Position numbers and translations under genes: made by a program. A model generated the notes under the pieces. That model ran no database searches. It saw only the letters and a program-made list of their open reading frames with translations, and was not told the origin of the DNA. Below, piece after piece: positions 1-9,639 of a stretch of 28,272 nucleotides of DNA. Position 1 is the first letter of the stretch; every line of letters begins with the position of its first letter. This DNA is from Capsulimonadales bacterium (GTDB lineage: Bacteria; Armatimonadota; Armatimonadia; Armatimonadales; Armatimonadaceae), in NCBI GenBank assembly GCA_033762295.1, contig JANRLW010000029.1, positions 1 to 28,272 of the forward strand. Direction: 5' to 3'.

Positions 1-57
1 TGGTAGAGCACTTCCTTCACACGGAAGGGGTCGGGGGTTCGAATCCCTCATCGTCCA
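1..57 (+). tRNA. tRNA-Val(CAC), 5' end cut off by the window edge; CCA not encoded
   Basis: Anticodon arm CTTCC-TTCACAC-GGAAG (11-27), T-arm GGGGG-TTCGAAT-CCCTC (33-49), 3' acceptor strand ATCGTCC and discriminator A57, followed by TTT. Confidence 0.95.
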
Positions 58-153
58 TTTTCCCTCCATTTTCTCCGCCTTTTCGACAGACGCTGATAGC
101 GGTCGTGACAAGCCGGAGAGCCGTCTGATGCCGAACTCTCACTCCCCGAACAA

Positions 154-315
154 TTAAGACGGTTGTGCCAAAGTCTCCTGAAGGATCGTCGTGAACCGGA
201 TCTCATGGCACGGCAGTCTGATGTTCTCGAACCGTTGCGGGAGAATGTCGCCGTTCTCGGGGGGCCGGCCGGTGAGTTCGTCGCCCAGGTCGAAGCACCG
301 GTAGATATCGACCCC
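154..315 (-). pseudogene. Possible 3' fragment of an unknown gene (GVDIYRCFDLGDELTGRPPENGDILPQRFENIRLPCHEIRFTTILQETLAQPS*)
   Basis: Stop-free frame with GC-rich third positions, preceded by an in-frame TGA at 316-318 and no start codon. Confidence 0.35.
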
Positions 316-570
316 TCACAGCGGAAGGGCAAGTCGCACAGCGATGCTTTGATTGCTATGTATAATATTTAGTGTCAGAAACAGAACCTCATTTCTCCGA
401 CGGTGTTCCTTGCCTCTGTGATGCGGATTCATGACCGAACGACAGCAATGATCCGGAAGACGCTTGCCGAGTAGCGCCTTATCGCGGCCCGTCACACGAG
501 ACGGGCCGCGATTATGGATATGTAGTTGAGTGCGTTGCCGGTGGCACGCTTCTTGCCTGGTAAGTTTGTC

Positions 571-912
571 ATGGTCACTCACGTCATCCTCTGTCCGTTT
601 TGCTGACAAGCCGAACCCGTCGTCCGCCACGGCACCAACCGCGGGGGCACTGCCCGATGCCGCTGCAAAGACTGCAACCGCACCTTCACTCCCGCTCCCA
701 ACCCACGCCGAACCAGCGAACAGACCAAACAGGCGGTCGAACGGGCATTAGCCGAACGCCTCAGCCAGCGGGCCATCGCTCGCGCCTGTCGCGTCGGAGA
801 CAAAACCGTTCGACTGGTTGCCCGAGAGGCGCAAAGAAACAACAAAGCCTTGCCGATACGGGGATCCACCCGGTTCAGGACTGACACATCCCCGGTTTTT
901 AGGCCATCGTGA
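571..912 (+). pseudogene. IS1-family InsA-like transposase N-terminal remnant
   Basis: My translation from ATG571 is MVTHVILCPFC*QAEPVVRHGTNRGGTARCRCKDCNRTF...ERLSQRAIARACRVGDKTV. This is a CPxC...CxxC zinc ribbon plus an HTH, with an in-frame TGA at 604-606 and no InsB catalytic part. Confidence 0.8.
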
Positions 913-990
913 AGGTTTCGAACGCCCGTTTGCCGCAAGTGAAAACGGGCGACCGAGAGGACCGAAAATGCCGAAGAAGAACTTCGTGAA
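882..990 (+). mobile_element. Possible left-end remnant of an IS3-family element
   Basis: TGACACATCCCCGGTTTTTAGGCCA resembles IS3-family terminal IRs (TG start, C-run, GGTTTT). It is followed by GAGAGG and ATG968 MPKKNF, like an orfA start, and then the frame degenerates. Confidence 0.3.
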
Positions 991-1175
991 GGTTCGCAGT
1001 TCAAATCGGGGGGCAATATTCGCTATTTGCCCGGAGCCCTGAGCGGTTGTGCGCAAGGAATGTCAAGGGGTTGTCTGCCACTTCCGGAAGCATTCACAAT
1101 GGAAAGTTAACGACGTTTGACCTGCCGGCAGAAAAAGCAGGTCCCTTCCCTCGAATTGATGGACAGGAAGAAGCC

Positions 1176-1931
1176 ATGATGGATCGTCCCTATATCGTAA
1201 TGCAGATGGCGGCGTCGATTGACGGTCGAATCACCTTTGCGCCCGGACTGACGATGTTCGACACGCACCCGGCCGGAGAGATGCTGCCGGAGGGCGGCCC
1301 GCTTTGGAGGAAGGTGGAAGCCGCTATCGATGCCGCCCACCATCCCACGGCCAACCTCATGGGGAGCGGCACCATCGAGCGGGAGAACGCGCCCCTTCGG
1401 GCATTGCCACCGGTGGAAAATGACCCGGCGAGCCTCTACGAAGACTTCCTGCCCATGGAAGTGGTGAACCGCACGACGAACTGGGCCATCGTGCCGGACG
1501 GACGCGGCCGATGCAGAAGCGGCTACAGGGCCACCGAAAATCCCGGTTGCCACATCCTGCACCTGACCTCGCACAACGCCCCTCCGGAGTATCTGGCGTT
1601 TCTCCGACGCGAAGGGATTCCCTACCTTATCGGTGGTTCGCATCACGTGGATCTGCCCGAAGCGATGCGAAAACTGCACGATAAACTCGGAATTACCGCC
1701 GCCCGCCTCCTGGGAGGCGGTACGCTCAATGGCGCGATGCTCCGCGCCGGCCTGATCGATGAGATTCACCTGATTGTCTGGCCGATGCTGATCGGCGGCG
1801 ATGAGACGCCAACGCTGGCGGATTGTCCCGACCTGGGGCCGGGCGAGCGTCCCGCCCGGTTGAGGTTGATCTCCGCACAGCCTCAGACGGACGGGCAGAT
1901 ATGGTTGCACTACACCGTGGATCGCCTGTGA
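1176..1931 (+). CDS. RibD C-terminal domain (dihydrofolate reductase-like) oxidoreductase
   Basis: Motifs RPYIVMQMAASIDGRI and GGGTLNGAMLRAGLIDEIHLIVWPMLIGG; purine-rich RBS before ATG1176; no deaminase domain. Confidence 0.85.
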   Translation: MMDRPYIVMQMAASIDGRITFAPGLTMFDTHPAGEMLPEGGPLWRKVEAAIDAAHHPTANLMGSGTIERENAPLRALPPVENDPASLYEDFLPMEVVNRTTNWAIVPDGRGRCRSGYRATENPGCHILHLTSHNAPPEYLAFLRREGIPYLIGGSHHVDLPEAMRKLHDKLGITAARLLGGGTLNGAMLRAGLIDEIHLIVWPMLIGGDETPTLADCPDLGPGERPARLRLISAQPQTDGQIWLHYTVDRL

Positions 1932-1980
1932 CCCGGCGCGGACGTTTCCCCTGCGCATTTCCGTACCGCCGGGGCGCGTT

Positions 1981-3864
1981 TTACGGAGCGGCATCCGTGG
2001 AAGCGTTCCGGCGCAACGGAAGGCGGTCCGCGTAGTCTCGTACCTGCGATAACGACGGGGGACGGACGGAGAAAACCCAGAGTTTCCGCCCGAGCCGGTT
2101 GATCTCCTTGCCGTCGGGCAAGAGCCGGTTGGCGTACCCGTCCACCAGATAGATCAACCCCTGCCGCACGTCGAGACCGCGCGGGTCGTTGGTGTAGTCG
2201 CCCAGATGCCAGGCGTCCGTGAGAGTCCCGTCCGCAGGCGTGACTGCCAACAGCAGACTCCGGTCGGTCACGGGCCGACGCTGCGTATAGGCGGCGGCCG
2301 TCAGCAGCAGAGATTGCCCGTCAAAGGCGATACCGGCAATGTGATTCGCATATTCGGGTACGGAGTAGGTGATGGGGAAGCCCGGCTGCGCCCGAAGCGT
2401 TCCGGCATCCGTCACCAGTAAACGCGAGTTGCCGACGAAAGCCAGAAACCGCCCGAACCGCTCCGCTCCCTCCGGATAATCGAATACCTCGCCGATCGAA
2501 GTTTGACGTCGTATCTCGCCACGCCCGGTCGCGGGGAGGTACAGTTCCACGATCTGCGTGCCGTCGTCGTCGGAGAGCAGGTACCGATCCGGCGCATCAG
2601 GCAGTCGAGTCAAGCCCTCCGGACCTTTGAGCGGGCCGCCCTTGCCCGGAGTCAACGCCGGGGATAGGTTCGCATCGGCCAGATTCAGACGCCAGATTTC
2701 CGGTGTGTCGTCGTCGGCGATGAAGGCGAACTTCCCGTCCGCTGAGACAACCAGACCTTCGGCGTCCCGCACTCCCACCCCGTTCGGGTCCTGCGCCAGA
2801 TCGTAGAACGCCACCGGATAAAGACCACGGATCGCGACCGTCGCCTCGCGCCGGCCGGAGGGCGTGGTCCAACGCGCCACCGTCCGCTCATCGCCCCGTT
2901 CCAGCCTGGCCGGAGACAGGTTCTCGCTCAGATTCGCCCTGCCGGGTTCGGAAAAAAGATTGTGAGAGCCGAACAGGCCGCACGCCACCATCGTGCCGGC
3001 GGCCTCCTCCGTTACCTGGTCCACCCCGCCGACACCGAACCGCCGGTTGCCGCGAAACGTGTTGTGCGACACAACGATTCCGTTGAACGCCTGATCACGC
3101 GCGAGGTTTGCCGGAACATCGATGAGTTCGATGCCGTCCTCACCGTTGCCGGTGAATAGGCAACCCGCCGCGAGCAGATGCGCCCGCCGCGCCAAACGTA
3201 CCTCGATTCCGTCATCCCGGTTGCGTTCGAACCGGCAGTGGTGGACGATGGCGCCGCTGTTCCCGTCCAGATCGAGTCCGTCATCCCGGTTTTCCGTAAA
3301 ACGGGTATTGATGACAATCGCCTGGGTATTTTCCAGGTCGATACCGTCGCCGCAACGTCGGATTTCGGAGTCGTACACCCGGATACGGGTGTTAAACCCG
3401 TTCCGACCCTCGAAGCCCACACCGTCCTCCGGCGCGTCTTCCAGGCAGACTTCCCGCAGGGTCAGGTCGCTGCCTGCCGTCTGATAGAGGGCCGAATGCC
3501 CTCCACGAACCGTGAGCGACCGGAGGGTTACCGTCGACGTGACCGTCACGGTGCGGGAGGTGCGCTCTTGCTTCGGAACCCGACCGGCCGGGATGCTTAA
3601 CCGCAGAACGGTTTTATCCCGTCCCGCCCCGATCAAAGTGACCGGCTTATCGAGCAGAATCGCTCCCTCGACGGTTCCGGCCCCGATACGGAGGACCGTG
3701 CCGTCGGCGGCGCGGGCGAGCGCCGCCGTCAGCGCGGAATGGTCGGCAGGGACGGTTATTTCGACCGGTTTCTGCGCCGACCCGACGGGCAGGACATTGA
3801 GAAAAAGGCCCGCCACACAGGCGGCGGACCTCAGACAAACCATAGACCACTTCACGATAGCCAT
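1981..3864 (-). CDS. Secreted protein with a right-handed parallel beta-helix and a C-terminal beta-propeller (SdiA-regulated/phytase-like)
   Basis: Signal-peptide-like N-terminus; repeated N-x-DDG(I/L)(D/E) beta-helix turns; C-terminal DAEGL, GPEGL, YPEG, IAGI and PRGL blade motifs. Confidence 0.75.
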   Translation of the reverse strand: MAIVKWSMVCLRSAACVAGLFLNVLPVGSAQKPVEITVPADHSALTAALARAADGTVLRIGAGTVEGAILLDKPVTLIGAGRDKTVLRLSIPAGRVPKQERTSRTVTVTSTVTLRSLTVRGGHSALYQTAGSDLTLREVCLEDAPEDGVGFEGRNGFNTRIRVYDSEIRRCGDGIDLENTQAIVINTRFTENRDDGLDLDGNSGAIVHHCRFERNRDDGIEVRLARRAHLLAAGCLFTGNGEDGIELIDVPANLARDQAFNGIVVSHNTFRGNRRFGVGGVDQVTEEAAGTMVACGLFGSHNLFSEPGRANLSENLSPARLERGDERTVARWTTPSGRREATVAIRGLYPVAFYDLAQDPNGVGVRDAEGLVVSADGKFAFIADDDTPEIWRLNLADANLSPALTPGKGGPLKGPEGLTRLPDAPDRYLLSDDDGTQIVELYLPATGRGEIRRQTSIGEVFDYPEGAERFGRFLAFVGNSRLLVTDAGTLRAQPGFPITYSVPEYANHIAGIAFDGQSLLLTAAAYTQRRPVTDRSLLLAVTPADGTLTDAWHLGDYTNDPRGLDVRQGLIYLVDGYANRLLPDGKEINRLGRKLWVFSVRPPSLSQVRDYADRLPLRRNASTDAAP

Positions 3865-3876
3865 TCCTTATAACGC

Positions 3877-4626
3877 TTAAAGATTGTCCCAGGCGTTGCG
3901 CGGGTCGCCGTAGGACCAGCCGTCCGGCAGGGGGCCGAGGAACTGATCGATCCGCATCCACTTCGCGTGGCCGTCCGCGTAAGCGATATTCAATCCGTCG
4001 GAGTGACGCGGCATCGGGCGGCGCAAATAGACGCTGACCGCCGTTTCATATCGCTTCGTGCTGGCGGTCGCCATAACGTTTCCGTTGATGTCGGACGGCG
4101 GACACCAGGTATAGTCGGTCGGACGCTGGATGTAGCGCGGCCATTCCAGGGGATTCTGATTGGTGACGATGTCATTGAGACAGTTATTGGCTTCGGTCAG
4201 CAGAGCGGTGCCCGCCGGATTCGCCAGACCGGCCAGCGGCAAGCCGCCACCGACCGTCTGAATGGCGGAAATATTGTAGCTGATGCCGTAGTCGGCATAC
4301 CGTGGCTGTCCGTTGGCATCGAACTGCGCCGTAGTGGACGGGTTACGGGAGGAAGGGCAGGAGAAGATCCGGCTGTTCTTGATGTAGGGCTGCAGCAGCA
4401 CATACCAGCGGGGGCCACCGCTGGGATAGCCACCGATGATGAGGGTCTCGTCGTAGTCCTGAGTGTACATGGCGATGGCGACTCCCATCTGCCGCACATT
4501 GGAAAGGCACACCGTCTGACGCGCTTTTTCCCGCGCCTGAGCGAAAACCGGGAAGAGAATCGAGGCAAGGATAGCGATGATGGCGATAACGACGAGAAGT
4601 TCGATCAGCGTGAAGGCGCGACGCAT
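3877..4626 (-). CDS. Prepilin-type N-terminal cleavage/methylation, DUF1559 and H-X9-DG-CTERM protein
   Basis: [44 protein letters not shown]-terminal [17 protein letters not shown] is an exact H-X9-DG. Confidence 0.93.
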   Translation of the reverse strand: MRRAFTLIELLVVIAIIAILASILFPVFAQAREKARQTVCLSNVRQMGVAIAMYTQDYDETLIIGGYPSGGPRWYVLLQPYIKNSRIFSCPSSRNPSTTAQFDANGQPRYADYGISYNISAIQTVGGGLPLAGLANPAGTALLTEANNCLNDIVTNQNPLEWPRYIQRPTDYTWCPPSDINGNVMATASTKRYETAVSVYLRRPMPRHSDGLNIAYADGHAKWMRIDQFLGPLPDGWSYGDPRNAWDNL

Positions 4627-4666
4627 GGTTTCCGGCTCCTTGGAAAGGGATTTTGCCCACCGGGCG

Positions 4667-4720
4667 AATATACCCTGTTATACATCACTGATTGATATGT
4701 GTCGTTAAGAGAAGGTTAAA
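4667..4720 (-). promoter_or_regulatory. Putative promoter with a Pho-box-like tandem direct repeat
   Basis: Minus strand reads TTTAACCT-TCT-CTTAACGA (TTAAC repeated with an 11-bp period at 4704-4719), followed by candidate -10 boxes TATAAC (4677-4682) or TATATT (4667-4672). Confidence 0.45.
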
Positions 4721-4754
4721 TTTCGCCGCGCCGGGTGACGGAGGTTCGGTGACC

Positions 4755-4786
4755 AAAAAGCCACCGGCCATTCTCTGCCGGTGGCT
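4755..4786 (-). terminator. Intrinsic terminator
   Basis: GCCACCGGC-N8-GCCGGTGGC stem followed by a T5 run on the minus strand, 30 bp after the stop of the 4816..6456 gene. Confidence 0.85.
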
Positions 4787-4815
4787 CGTCGGGGAGGTTG
4801 GACGCGAAATTCCGC

Positions 4816-6456
4816 TCAGCGGGCCTTGTATCCGTGGGTATTGACCACGCTGCCGAAATCGATCGGCATCTGCGGGTCGGCCAGGATCAGACGACGATCA
4901 CCGTCTTTGTCCTTGCCCGCCGCCAGAATCCGCAGGATCTTCGATTCCGGGACGCCCGGTTTGTTGTACGGGGTCCGGGTGCCTTTCATTACGAGCGCAT
5001 CCCCGTTGATGTGATATTTCCCTTCGAACGTGTACCCGAACCCGGACCGGCCGTTGATCAGAAGCGAAACCATCTGTCGGAAGGTCCCATCCGGCCGCAG
5101 CGTCAGTTCGTCGCCGGAACCGGTGCTGGCATCGCCGACATAGGCGCCCGCGCTGTTGACGTAGTTGGCTGCGGAGGAGATCGACGTTCGCTGCCATTCT
5201 CCCTGAATCTCCGCGATCATGTAGGCGGGCTTCGGCGGGGTTGGCGCATTGACCCGAATCCCTTTCAAAAACTCCTCGGTCGCCGGGTACGATTCATCTT
5301 TCCGGTAACCGAACGCGCTCCCGACGTCTTCCAGGGACGAGCCGAGCCGGGTGGTATCTTCGGGCATATAACGCACGATCAGGGAATAGTAGGCGTCTCC
5401 GGCTTCGAGAAGATACAGGGTCAACTGATCGGTGCAGACATTGTTCGTCCGGTTGACTTTGGCATGGTAGAAGAGAGCCACGGTGTTTCCAAGGATCCGG
5501 CGACCGATCACGGGCATGGAGGTGTCCGTCAGCATTCCCTTCGTCGCGCTCTCCCAGGACGCCCGGAAGGTCTGTTCCCGTCCGCCCTGCGCTTTGATCG
5601 GGGTCGGCGAGTACATCATCAGGAGGATTCCCTTTTCCAGCTTTCGGGCGTAGCCGACCGTCCCGGAGTCCTTTACCTCGGCGCGTTGCCAGCCGGGCGG
5701 GGCTTCGATCCGGAGCGCGCCCGCGCCGGTCGTCTCCGTCTTATCCGGCGACGCGGCGGAAGCCGATTCGCCGTCCCCTGCTTTCGTCGTCTCGCCGGTG
5801 ACGGACAGTCCGGCATCGGTGATCCGCAGGCGGTCGGGGTCCGTTTTGAGCAGATCCTTCAGGGCGGTTCCTCCCTGTTCCCGGAGCGATTTCAACTCGT
5901 CGGCGTTTTTCGAGGTCGTCGCTCCCTGATAACGGATCAGCGCGATCGACGCCAGAAGGGTGAGAGCATCATAGGTGGTCTGCTTTTCCGCATCGGTCAT
6001 CTTCCGTACGTCGTCCGTGTTCATAACGGAGGCGAACTGCCGGTACAGACTGACCGTGGCTTTGTCGCTTGTGTCGTCGATCCCTCGATGGATCTGATAG
6101 TTGGCGACCACGTAGAAAACCGCCGCGCCCGCGATATCGTTTTCCATCTTCAGGCGTGTGGCTTCGGTCTCGTAGGCCTTGAGAAACGTTTCGATTCCGT
6201 CCCGGAGCGTTTTCTTTTCGGCGTCGGTGCCCTGCATCTCCCCGACCAGTTTATCGAGGAGGGGACGCTGGCCGGAAGGTTTGAAACGCGTGGGGGCGTT
6301 TTCGGCGGGAGCGGGCGCGATCGTGCCGGAGGAAGGGAGTCGTTTGAGAAGGTTGGCGAGGTTTTCCGCGCCGGGCGGCTGGGCATGGGCGGCGCAGATC
6401 CCGACCGAACAGAGAACCGGAGCGACCGGAGCGAGGAGAACGAACGAGCGTCGCAT
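4816..6456 (-). CDS. Secreted multidomain hypothetical protein (N-terminal DUF6683-like helical domain)
   Basis: GGAGG RBS before ATG6456; signal peptide ending AHA-Q; NDIAGAAVFY...MTDAEKQ pattern; beta-rich C-terminal domain. Confidence 0.7.
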   Translation of the reverse strand: MRRSFVLLAPVAPVLCSVGICAAHAQPPGAENLANLLKRLPSSGTIAPAPAENAPTRFKPSGQRPLLDKLVGEMQGTDAEKKTLRDGIETFLKAYETEATRLKMENDIAGAAVFYVVANYQIHRGIDDTSDKATVSLYRQFASVMNTDDVRKMTDAEKQTTYDALTLLASIALIRYQGATTSKNADELKSLREQGGTALKDLLKTDPDRLRITDAGLSVTGETTKAGDGESASAASPDKTETTGAGALRIEAPPGWQRAEVKDSGTVGYARKLEKGILLMMYSPTPIKAQGGREQTFRASWESATKGMLTDTSMPVIGRRILGNTVALFYHAKVNRTNNVCTDQLTLYLLEAGDAYYSLIVRYMPEDTTRLGSSLEDVGSAFGYRKDESYPATEEFLKGIRVNAPTPPKPAYMIAEIQGEWQRTSISSAANYVNSAGAYVGDASTGSGDELTLRPDGTFRQMVSLLINGRSGFGYTFEGKYHINGDALVMKGTRTPYNKPGVPESKILRILAAGKDKDGDRRLILADPQMPIDFGSVVNTHGYKAR

Positions 6457-6627
6457 AGGATTGTCCTCCACGAAACGAATGGGAGTTATCGATAGACCTC
6501 TACCGAGAGTCTACATCGCCTGTGGTGGTTTTGCCGTCAAAATCCCCCGTTTCGAGGAGAAACGGTACTCCTGCCAGCCCCGGTGCGGCAACCTGTAACG
6601 CCCCGGCGCACTTCGTGGCGGAACGCT

Positions 6628-8559
6628 TCAGATGTAAATCTTGTACGTCGGGGTGCCGAGAAGCAGGCCCAGAAGGGACCAGAGCGCGCCGACCGTGTAA
6701 TCTCCGAGGATCAGGCCCAGGAAGAAGGGAATCGCCTTCTTGTGGGCGTTGATCCCCAGGTAACGGACGATAAACAGCTTGATGCCCCAGGCGATCAGGA
6801 CGCACATCCAGAAGTAGTTCATGGCGTACGAGATGCCCAGCGCGAACCCCGCCGGATGCAGCGGCCAGGAGACGTACGCCAGACGCAGGTAGGCCAGCAG
6901 ACTGACCGACGCCAGTCCGCCCAGGAAATACCAGAAGTTGTAGGAGGCCGGACGCTGGCCCTGGCTGATCCACGACGACAGGGTGCCGAACGCCTCCTCG
7001 CCGACCCACCATTTATAACCCTCCGCCTTGCTCCGCGCCCCGGCATCGTAAGTGACGAAGTAGTTGGAGACATAGGTCGCCGCCAGGGAGATGATCGCGG
7101 CCAGAACGAACGCGCCGACCAGTCGTCGGACCCCCATTCGCTGCTCCCGCCCCTCCGACATCTTGAACCCTTCCAGGAAGTTCGGGATCGGATGACAGCG
7201 GTAGCCCCGGTTGAACCAGTACATCGACTGCATTCCGATCAGGTTCGTGTCGCCAAGGGCTTTCGTGCCGAACAGCGTGACCAGCGTGTCCGCCGGCTTG
7301 ACGAAGACGATTTCGTGCGGCGTGCCGAACTCCGCGCGAACACGGGTGATGGCCAGACTGAGCGCCAGCAGAATAAAGAAGAAACCGATGGCGACGAACG
7401 GCTCGATACGCAACAGGAAGTAGCTCCAGGCCAGAAGGAACAGGCTCGACAGCGCGAACCCGATCCACGCGCCCCGCTGACGTGCCGCTTCCGCTCGCTC
7501 CTCCGGATCGTCGGCAATCTCTCGGCGCACCGTGCGGTCGAAAGCCAGGTCGAACGCGCGGGCGATGAACTTGCGGTTGGACCACAGAATGGCGGCGGCG
7601 ACGCCGATCCATGCGCCGGAGGAGATCTCCCGCAAAAACGGCCAGCCCTGCGCGGCGGACGGTCCGTCCAGACCCGATGCCCGCCCGATCACGAAGTAGA
7701 CACGCGCCAGAAGGTAGGAAAACCAGCAGGAGAACGCCAGATCGAGCGGGATGAAGTAGGCGAGTCCGATCGCGAACGGGTAAAGCGAGGTCTGCATGCC
7801 GTGGGTACGGATCGCTTCCCACGGCTGCGTGCTGAAGTACTGGCCGACGTCATACAGTTTGATCCACGGCAGGTTCGGTACCGCCGGGTAGAGTTCGTGA
7901 ATACCGTTCAAGGCACCCACCGCGAAGGCGAACGAAAAGCCGATCCACATCTGCGGCTGCCGGAACAGCGTCCCGGAAGGTTCGGTCATCGCGACCGGCA
8001 ACTGGATGATCGGGAAGGCGAGCTTTTCATTCTCCGTCCAGGCGCGACGGAAGATAACGGTAATACACCCGAACAGATAGACCAGCACCAGAAAGAAGAG
8101 ACCCCAGAGCGCCAGCGGAACCACCCAGTGCGGCAGAAACGCCATCGCGCGGTCGGGCGGAACATTGCCACGGTACCAGCCCTCGAGCGCCGCCTTGTCC
8201 GAAACGAACAGGCCCGGGGGCAGACGGCGGACGAACTTATCCGTCCAGTTGTTCTGCTCGGCGTAATGGAACGGCGCGGTGATCTGTCCGAACAGGTTCT
8301 GCAGCATGTCATGACCCGCGAACGTGTTCGAGACGACCGCCATCAGGTAGGCGATCAGCAACTCCTCCTGACGCAGGGCCGACTTCGGATGCAGCCGCCG
8401 CCAGACGAGGTTGAGACCGACGAGGACGAACAGCAGAAAGATCGGCGTGATGAACAGGGGAAGCGAGGAACCGTCGAGCATGTAGTATCGCACCTCGACG
8501 AGCGTCACCCAGACGGTATTGAGAACGGCCAGTATCGCGCCCAGTACAATAGCCCGCAT
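6628..8559 (-). CDS. Multi-pass membrane protein, DUF6785/DUF6784 (OPT/peptide transporter-like) family
   Basis: Many TM helices; family motifs W.ENEKLAFPIIQLP, WPLHPAGF, and YLG...HKKAIPFFLGLILGD. Confidence 0.8.
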   Translation of the reverse strand: MRAIVLGAILAVLNTVWVTLVEVRYYMLDGSSLPLFITPIFLLFVLVGLNLVWRRLHPKSALRQEELLIAYLMAVVSNTFAGHDMLQNLFGQITAPFHYAEQNNWTDKFVRRLPPGLFVSDKAALEGWYRGNVPPDRAMAFLPHWVVPLALWGLFFLVLVYLFGCITVIFRRAWTENEKLAFPIIQLPVAMTEPSGTLFRQPQMWIGFSFAFAVGALNGIHELYPAVPNLPWIKLYDVGQYFSTQPWEAIRTHGMQTSLYPFAIGLAYFIPLDLAFSCWFSYLLARVYFVIGRASGLDGPSAAQGWPFLREISSGAWIGVAAAILWSNRKFIARAFDLAFDRTVRREIADDPEERAEAARQRGAWIGFALSSLFLLAWSYFLLRIEPFVAIGFFFILLALSLAITRVRAEFGTPHEIVFVKPADTLVTLFGTKALGDTNLIGMQSMYWFNRGYRCHPIPNFLEGFKMSEGREQRMGVRRLVGAFVLAAIISLAATYVSNYFVTYDAGARSKAEGYKWWVGEEAFGTLSSWISQGQRPASYNFWYFLGGLASVSLLAYLRLAYVSWPLHPAGFALGISYAMNYFWMCVLIAWGIKLFIVRYLGINAHKKAIPFFLGLILGDYTVGALWSLLGLLLGTPTYKIYI

Positions 8560-8626
8560 GGGGTCATTGTAACATGGAAACAGGACCGTTAAGCCGACTT
8601 CACGATCTCTGGGACGTCCTCACGCC

Positions 8627-9571
8627 TCAACGATCGTCCGGCGACGCCGGTTCGACATGCGCCAGGACGCGTGCGAACCGTTTGCCTTTGATCTCTTCGC
8701 GCACCGCATCCTGTACCGCATGGGCGATACGATGCCCCTGCTCCACGGTCAGGGAGGGGTCCACCCGGATGTCGATCTCCACAAAATAGTCGAAACCCAT
8801 CTTGCGGACGAAGCATTTGTCCGTACCACGGACGCCGGGCACACGGGCGGCGGCCTGCCGGACCTCCGCTTCCAATGCGGCACCCGGTCGGGCGTCCGTC
8901 AGTTCGTAGAGCGCACCCCGCAAAATGCAAAGACCGTTGTAGGCGATGAAAACGGAGGCGAGCAGTGCCGCCCAGTCGTCCGCGCTCGACCAGCGCGGGT
9001 CGGGACTGAACCGGTGACCGATCAGGGCGATCGAAATGCCGAGAAAGGCCGCCGCCGAGGTGATGACATCCGCCCGTTGATGCTGCGCGTCCGCCTGCAC
9101 CGCCCCGCTGCCGGACTGTCCGCCCACCTGCGTCAGGAACCGCGCCAGCGTCTCCTTGACGACCACGACCGCCACCAGGACGATCAACGTCCAGGGCGCG
9201 GGCAGGGTGTGGGGATGGAGGATTTCATGAAGACTGGCGCGACCGATCTCGTAGGCGGCGAGAAAGAGAAAGATCGACACGACCACCGTCGCCAGCGGTT
9301 CCGCCTTGCCATGCCCCTGCGGGTGGTTTTCGTCGGCCGGGCGGGACGCCACCTTCAAGCCGATCAGCACCAGAGCCGAGGACAGGACATCCATCCCGGA
9401 CTCGATCGCATCGGCGATCAGGGCGTAGGAGTGACCGACCACCCCGGCGGTCGCCTTCCCGACGACCAGCAGGAGGTTGACGCCGATGCCGATCAGAGTC
9501 GAACGGACCCCCGCATCGGCCGGATGCGGCGGGGTCCGGGAGGGGTCCGGGAGGGGCGTTTCTGCGTTCAT
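8627..9571 (-). CDS. Cation diffusion facilitator family transporter (FieF-like)
   Basis: SYALIADAIES, PADENHPQGHGKAE, ADAQHQRADVITS, and a C-terminal dimerisation domain ending HVEP. The start is set at ATG9571 because the longer ORF overlaps the upstream gene. Confidence 0.9.
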   Translation of the reverse strand: MNAETPLPDPSRTPPHPADAGVRSTLIGIGVNLLLVVGKATAGVVGHSYALIADAIESGMDVLSSALVLIGLKVASRPADENHPQGHGKAEPLATVVVSIFLFLAAYEIGRASLHEILHPHTLPAPWTLIVLVAVVVVKETLARFLTQVGGQSGSGAVQADAQHQRADVITSAAAFLGISIALIGHRFSPDPRWSSADDWAALLASVFIAYNGLCILRGALYELTDARPGAALEAEVRQAAARVPGVRGTDKCFVRKMGFDYFVEIDIRVDPSLTVEQGHRIAHAVQDAVREEIKGKRFARVLAHVEPASPDDR

Positions 9572-9639
9572 CTTTTCGGATAATACGTTTAAAGCACCCC
9601 GCCCGGTCCCTCGGAATACGTTTGCGAAAACCGGCGAAT

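Noticed and set aside
112..155. GGAGAGCCGTCTGATG resembling group II intron domain V
   Set aside because: The 3' arm (…CGGTTC) and domain VI are absent and the stem does not pair.
316..606. In-frame TGA codons as recoding (selenocysteine or alternative genetic code)
   Set aside because: TGA is a normal stop for many intact genes here, and both frames are fragments, so pseudogenisation is the simpler explanation.
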